64,000 bases of DNA. It comes from a virus. Lineage: Duplodnaviria; Caudoviricetes. The notes under the pieces are model-generated. The model was not told the origin of the DNA. It saw only the letters and a program-made list of their open reading frames with translations, and did no database searches. The stretch spans positions 3,472 to 67,471 of IMG/VR virus record IMGVR_UViG_2654588115_000002; one strand, 5' to 3'. Below are positions 59,227 through 64,000 of the stretch, piece by piece. The position numbers were made by a program, and so were the translations under genes. Position 1 is the stretch's first letter. Each line of letters opens with the position of its first letter.

Positions 59227-59465
59227 TGAGTGAAAGCTCCATGTAGCGGCATGTAAAAGCTGTACTGTGCTCAGACAGGGTAAATACTGAGATTTATAGA
59301 TGTCCGTTAGGGCATTGAGCCCGTGTCAGGGAGATAAGGCGAGTCCGCGCCGGGGACTTAATATACCGGCGACAAAAGGCACTCGCAAGGGTGCTGAGGC
59401 TGACAGCCAGCATAAAACCGCTCCATAAGAACCTTGTGGCACCAGAAAGTCTGGTGCCTTTCTTT
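59227..59465 (+). ncRNA. candidate structured ncRNA with tandem pseudoknots; family unassigned
   Basis: Promoter upstream, terminator 59438-59465, no tracked ORF, GNRA-capped hairpins and two H-type pseudoknot patterns. Confidence 0.6.
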
Positions 59466-59817
59466 GTGTGTAGAGGCTAGGCCATACGTTTTTCATAGGG
59501 GGATATAGTTAGAGGTATGGGGGAACGACCATGATTGACAAGCTTGTTTGAGTTGACAAGGTATATCCATACAACTCTATCGGGGCATGTCGAATGTGTG
59601 ACGTTGCTACAACGGAAAAAATCGTGAAACTCTTTGGCATGCGGGAGAATACGCCAGAGGAAATGCTGCGGCGAATACAGTGAACGCTGACCAATCGCAG
59701 CTACTGTCCTTCCTGGAAAACGTGCTCAAGAAGCCATAAGATAAGGTATACGTTTCGAGTAGCTTGGAAATATACAAAAAATGAGGATGTGGACAAATGA
59801 TGTTCACATCCTCTTAC

Positions 59818-59836
59818 GATGTTAATTATTAACATT
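59818..59836. repeat. 19-bp palindrome, copy 1
   Basis: GATGTTAAT-T-ATTAACATT. Confidence 0.75.
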
Positions 59837-59841
59837 TTGGG

Positions 59842-60016
59842 TTATCCAGTTGTTCGATGAGGGGGGGCAAAGTACTGCTCCTCAGCGGCAAGACGGGCCT
59901 TTATGGCGTCTTCTAATGTTGAGAAGTGCCCAATGTAGTGGTACTTGCCCTGACTGGTAATTGCTACCTCATAGGCATTGTGATTTAAGTGTTTTCTCTT
60001 GTGGATGCCCTTTTAC
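59842..60016 (-). pseudogene. AP2-domain fragment (HNH-AP2 endonuclease remnant)
   Basis: Minus-strand translation 'GIHKRKHLNHNAYEVAITSQGKYHYIGHFSTLEDAIKARLAAEEQYFAP' with no intact start. Confidence 0.65.
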
Positions 60017-60094
60017 ATAAAATCAGTCGTTATCGCAAGGTTGGGGTAAAGAGAAAAAATAATTGTCGCAAATTTAATGAAAAATTAATAATTA

Positions 60095-60790
60095 ATGATT
60101 ATAATACGTTTGATTATCAATATGTACGTTGCAAACATGGGCAGTGTCAGGATAGGGGGAATTCACTTGCAGACCAGCAGGGGTCGAAAATGGATTAGGG
60201 TTAAATACGTGTGGGGACTTATCAGCATAGTGCTGGTTGGTCTTTATCAGTTGGTACCCAGTGGTAGTGTGGTACCCAAACCGAAGCCGGAATTAGCACA
60301 GTATGATTTTTCTACCATGTGGCTTCCGTTGCGACTGCAGGGCAGCAGTGGCAGAACCTTTTCCATGGATATACCGGTGGATACTTTTTGGGAATCGCAT
60401 CAGGGAGCGCAGATGGGGGTAGATTACACGTTAAGCCCTAACAGCCCCTTTGAGAGTCTTCAGTTCCAGGAAGAAGAGGAGGGGGATCTTCAAATGCGCT
60501 TTTATCATGGCGTGCTGAAGGAATCGCTGCAGGGGAACCTGATTGACTGGCAGATGTTAAACCGTTCGTACTATGGGCGTCAAGTGAAAGGCCTGCAGGA
60601 ACAGGAAAGCCGGGAGGTTTCCGGTGGTATACTTCATGTCTATGCGGCTACCATCGGGAATGAGGAAAATAAGCTCATTGGCTTGCAGGATGGCCGGGAT
60701 GTCTGGTATATGTACTTGACGTATGGGACCAATAATATGCTGTCGGATATGCTTGTGGATACTGCTATAAACTCTGTAACGGTAAATTAA
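60095..60790 (+). CDS. membrane-anchored hypothetical protein
   Basis: One hydrophobic segment followed by a soluble domain; start uncertain. Confidence 0.6.
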   Translation: MIIIRLIINMYVANMGSVRIGGIHLQTSRGRKWIRVKYVWGLISIVLVGLYQLVPSGSVVPKPKPELAQYDFSTMWLPLRLQGSSGRTFSMDIPVDTFWESHQGAQMGVDYTLSPNSPFESLQFQEEEEGDLQMRFYHGVLKESLQGNLIDWQMLNRSYYGRQVKGLQEQESREVSGGILHVYAATIGNEENKLIGLQDGRDVWYMYLTYGTNNMLSDMLVDTAINSVTVN

Positions 60791-60808
60791 GAGGAGAGGA
60801 GAAGGAAA

Positions 60809-61387
60809 ATGGGGTGGCTTCGTGCCTTGTCTTTAGCGATATGCGATCATTTTATTTATAAAGCCTATATACTCTGGGCGACTTTTTTTCTAATAACGAT
60901 TTCTGATATGGATTGGGAATGGAAATGGCCGGAGGCGCGTTTCTATGGCCTGCCCCAGTATGAGCTCAGGCTGAAGTTGCCTGACAAGCCCGCTGGACGA
61001 GACTTCCGGGATGAGGGGTGGGATGTGGAACAGGCGGTTTATCCTAAGTTCGCATTGGATGTCCATGAAACGATGGTGTTCGAGGAAGTACCAGAAGATT
61101 ATATCCAGGACAAGCCTCATGAGCGGGTAATTAAGACTTTGGAACGGTATCAGATTAAGAACATTCAGTTTCAGGGGCAAGAGTCCTTAACTACCAACGA
61201 TGTGCCGTTGAAAAAATATCGCTTCACCGGCACTAAGGATGGGGATCCCTTTGCCATGGAGGCCGTAGCCATAACTAAAGAGAATAAGGTTTGGCTCTTT
61301 ACCTTCTTTTATCGAGCCAACAGTAAAGATGGAAAAGGGCAGGTGGAAGACTGTATTGACAGCTTCTATTATAAACATCATATGTGA
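60809..61387 (+). CDS. membrane-anchored hypothetical protein
   Basis: Purine-rich RBS; N-terminal hydrophobic segment; C-terminal beta-beta-helix pattern like the upstream ORF. Confidence 0.7.
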   Translation: MGWLRALSLAICDHFIYKAYILWATFFLITISDMDWEWKWPEARFYGLPQYELRLKLPDKPAGRDFRDEGWDVEQAVYPKFALDVHETMVFEEVPEDYIQDKPHERVIKTLERYQIKNIQFQGQESLTTNDVPLKKYRFTGTKDGDPFAMEAVAITKENKVWLFTFFYRANSKDGKGQVEDCIDSFYYKHHM

Positions 61388-61537
61388 TGTTTTGGGCTTA
61401 TGTGAAAATAACTCCTAATGGTTTGTAATGTCTTTTACCTGAAATGAATTGGCAATGGTTTGTAATGCTCGGAGCGATTTTTGTGAGGCAGGCGTTTGGC
61501 CTGCCCCACTTTTTTTATGCCATGTTACCCTTTTCCT

Positions 61538-61900
61538 TCATATGGGCATAAAGAATTTGGCAACGTCTTCGGGCCCGTGGATAATCGGGTTATCATTAGG
61601 AGATTCCTCCATAATACGGCGAACGACTTCCTTGATGACATAGATTTTTGAGGCCTTCTTCGTACCAACTCTCGTTATTGCCATGGGAGCAGTCAAGATA
61701 TCTGAGATGTTTTTACAGGCAAGGTTTTCGGCCTGCTTGCCCCATACCGTGACAGGGATAAAATCGGTCTTGGGTTCCTCACCATCCCTGAAGTAGTCGG
61801 ATTTAACGGCCAGATTGATGGTGATAACATGGTTGTTGTTGCTGGTTTCATAGAGTTTGATTTCTTGGGCTACACGTCCGCTGAGTGCTACAAAGTTCAT
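61538..61900 (-). pseudogene. truncated SSB fused in frame to an internal RadC fragment
   Basis: 'MNFVALSGRV...LAV...TDFIPVTVWGKQAENLA' (SSB N-half), then 'VGTKKASKI...EVVRRI...IIHGPEDVAKFFMP' (RadC HhH/linker); stops before the JAB domain. Confidence 0.75.
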
Positions 61901-61977
61901 TTCGAATTCCTCCTATATGTGTCAGTTAATAACGATACAGGCTTGTGGACACCTCCCTTTGCCGCCTGCCAGCTTGA

Positions 61978-62103
61978 ATTTTTTTGTTTTTGACGCCCAT
62001 TATAAACGGGCGCAGCCGGGAAAGAGCAAGGGCGCGAAGCGGCAGAGCGTACCCTTGCTCTTTGCTGGCGTAGCCCGTATAATGCGGCAGACAAAAACAA
62101 AAT
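61978..62103 (+). promoter_or_regulatory. long imperfect hairpin containing promoter elements (Frpo/ssi-like)
   Basis: Arms TTTGTTTTTG / CAAAAACAAA, CATTATA / TATAATG, ACGGGC / GCCCGT, AAAGAGCAAGGG / CCCTTGCTCTTT; TTGCTC-17-TATAAT in the right arm. Confidence 0.65.
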
Positions 62104-62231
62104 CTGTAATAGAAAAAGAAAAGATGGCTGTTATCCTGTTGCGGCGGGAAGCGCCGCAGTGTAATGGTCTGTAATGGTTTGAGAGGAATACATGGACGCC
62201 GTGTAGAAAATAAGCAGAAAGATGATGGGGC

Positions 62232-62250
62232 GATATTAATTATTAACATC
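62232..62250. repeat. 19-bp palindrome, copy 2
   Basis: GATATTAAT-T-ATTAACATC. Confidence 0.75.
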
Positions 62251-62362
62251 GCGAGGAGGGAGGATACTACGATGGCTAAATACTACGATGGTTGTCCCTG
62301 GTGTGGCAGGCGGGATTAGTTATGCGGAAAGACTATAGGGGAAGAAATATTATGGAGGTACC

Positions 62363-62530
62363 ATGGAAAAGATCGATATTAGCACAACGCTTAGCGAAGG
62401 GCTTACGGATGGTACGGTGAATGCACAAGTTGCCGCGGAAGATTTGCTGGCAAAACTGTTTAAGAAATATGGTGCATCGGCTGAGAAAGTGGCAGCAGAA
62501 ATGCTGGTAAAAGCCATGATTAAGAAATAG
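62363..62530 (+). CDS. small hypothetical protein (55 aa)
   Basis: GGAGG RBS; MEKIDISTTLSEG...AMIKK; below the ORF-track cutoff. Confidence 0.55.
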   Translation: MEKIDISTTLSEGLTDGTVNAQVAAEDLLAKLFKKYGASAEKVAAEMLVKAMIKK

Positions 62531-62714
62531 GCGTGTGGCAAAGAAGAAGAGAGGCTGTGAAAAAGATTCTGCCCTGGTTGAAGGGTACCTTCTTTTTCAC
62601 AGCCTCTCTCCACATAGAAAAAGACACTGGTGCTTGCAGTGCCTCCTGTTGTATGGTATGCTGTTGGAACTGTCAGCATAAATGCGGCATGATGACTTAG
62701 ATGATGTGGAGGAT

Positions 62715-62963
62715 ATGGGTTTGTTGAGATTTGAAGGCGAGGATTATCCCAAGAGATTGATTGCGTTTGATATGCCTGAAATCAGCGGAAAACACTTGAT
62801 TTCAGTAGACAGCCTGGACGTTGCTCTTATGACTAAAGACGGCTGTTATGTCTCGGAGGAAGCGCGGGCCGTTGATGAAAAGATTTTCGTCTATGTTCCG
62901 GACAAGATGATTGATGCTGAGGAGAATACTCTCATACAGTATGTGAAGGAAATGGTTGCATAA
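62715..62963 (+). CDS. small acidic hypothetical protein
   Basis: GGAGG RBS before ATG 62715. Confidence 0.6.
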   Translation: MGLLRFEGEDYPKRLIAFDMPEISGKHLISVDSLDVALMTKDGCYVSEEARAVDEKIFVYVPDKMIDAEENTLIQYVKEMVA

Positions 62964-62988
62964 GGTGCAGCCAGGTTTGAACTGCGTC

Positions 62989-63007
62989 GATGTTAATTAT
63001 TAACATC
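62989..63007. repeat. 19-bp palindrome, copy 3 (perfect)
   Basis: GATGTTAAT-T-ATTAACATC. Confidence 0.8.
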
Positions 63008-63102
63008 CAGTAAAGGGATAGAAGTCAAGTTGGAGTTAGAATAATCTGGTTTTTCATTCGCATTGGTAAGTGGATATCGTTATATAGAGAGAAAGAACCA
63101 AC

Positions 63103-63132
63103 ACTCCGAGGGATGAAACCTTCGGAGTTTTT
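63103..63132 (+). terminator. intrinsic terminator
   Basis: ACTCCGAGGG / CCTTCGGAGT plus T-run. Confidence 0.7.
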
Positions 63133-63307
63133 GCTGTATAAATGATAAAAATGGCTGAAGGTCTAATAAATTTTTAAGAAAGAACTAAACAGATTCTAAG
63201 AAACAGGTGATAAAATTTATCAGTATTTATATGAAACTTAGAAAATAGCACTGCAGATGCTGTGCAGCCAAGAGTTTTGGTGAAATGGAAGAAAGGGTGT
63301 CAGATTA

Positions 63308-64000
63308 GTGGAAGCAGAATTAAATGAGGTACAGGAAGCGAAAAATGAGCCAGTAGACAAGGGATGGTACAGTTATTTTCTATGGGTGAATTGGTTGGTT
63401 ACATACGCAACTTTACGGCAGGATCCAATACAAGTGCTTATTGCAAGTGTTGCCTACGCGCTGATAACCTTTTATGTGGCCTGTCGGAGCAAAAGCCTAC
63501 AGTTTTGTCTGAAGATGCTCCCGGGAGTATTACTGAGTATGTTCCTAGCTTTAAAAGGTTTTGAACTGATTGGGGGAGTGGCCTTTGGAATAGCACTCAT
63601 TGCAGCATTGTACTCAAATAGGAAGCGGTTCAAGATGTATGGGAAATACAAGCCATTTATGGCATTTTATGGCTCTCTTGTGCTTATGTGGATTGGGTTC
63701 GTTGGAATTCCCTTCATCTCGCTGATGCTGGGCAATATCGGTCAAAATGTAACTTATACAACACCACGCTGGGTGGATATAACATGGAGTATACTGACAT
63801 GCTTGGTTTTATGGTGGCTGTTTCATAGGGAACAAACAAATGGCCGCAGGTTTTGGGAAACAATGCGAATCTTGTATCTTTTTCCCATAGTATTTGCGAT
63901 ACTCCTAATCGATTGGGCTACACTGATACCAATAAAATTCATCTCCGGCAAGAGTACTTTGGGGGATGATGAACATGATTTTTTGGCATGGGAAAGCTAG
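63308..64000 (+). CDS. polytopic membrane protein, function unknown
   Basis: Several hydrophobic segments; GTG start, TAG at 63998-64000. Confidence 0.7.
   Translation: MEAELNEVQEAKNEPVDKGWYSYFLWVNWLVTYATLRQDPIQVLIASVAYALITFYVACRSKSLQFCLKMLPGVLLSMFLALKGFELIGGVAFGIALIAALYSNRKRFKMYGKYKPFMAFYGSLVLMWIGFVGIPFISLMLGNIGQNVTYTTPRWVDITWSILTCLVLWWLFHREQTNGRRFWETMRILYLFPIVFAILLIDWATLIPIKFISGKSTLGDDEHDFLAWES

Noticed and set aside
59227-59465. Candidate RNA as tmRNA, hammerhead, twister or pistol ribozyme
   Set aside because: No tRNA-like ends or tag frame, and the catalytic core consensus sequences are not matched by eye; a formal Rfam scan is still needed
63160-63245. TAAGAAA direct repeats as a response-regulator site
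   Set aside because: Short AT-rich matches in AT-rich DNA; not distinguishable from chance

Overview
The window has three parts. (1) 1-21 kb: backbone-like DNA of a probable conjugative element or large plasmid. It carries an ArdC/LPD25-like polyvalent protein, a TrmO/TsaA-like gene and a two-partner secretion pair (TpsB plus a 4946-aa filamentous-haemagglutinin-like TpsA). A TPS system beside Firmicutes-type phage genes points to a diderm Firmicute (Negativicutes, Selenomonas-like); this is inference. (2) About 21.5-57.3 kb: a near-complete siphovirus-like prophage with sigma-like regulator, replication, HNH/cos/terminase, HK97 head, tail, holin and a terminal triad of serine-recombinase genes, the last broken by an in-frame stop. 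Its cargo is a DinJ-YafQ-like TA pair, a GmrSD-like restriction gene and small genes that each sit behind a copy of one ~105-bp leader, four of them with their own terminator. (3) 57.3-64 kb: an XRE regulator plus an ImmA/IrrE-peptidase-Fic fusion, followed by a promoter- and terminator-bounded ~230-nt RNA candidate with tandem H-type pseudoknots. Then come decayed leading-region remnants (ssb-radC fusion, Frpo-like hairpin promoter, AP2 fragment) and three copies of a 19-bp palindrome. Best candidates for undescribed biology: the XRE/peptidase-Fic/pseudoknot-RNA locus, the repeated-leader cassette regulon, and the RNA switch plus repeated promoter linked to the phage sigma-like protein. All family assignments come from motif recognition by eye; no searches were run.
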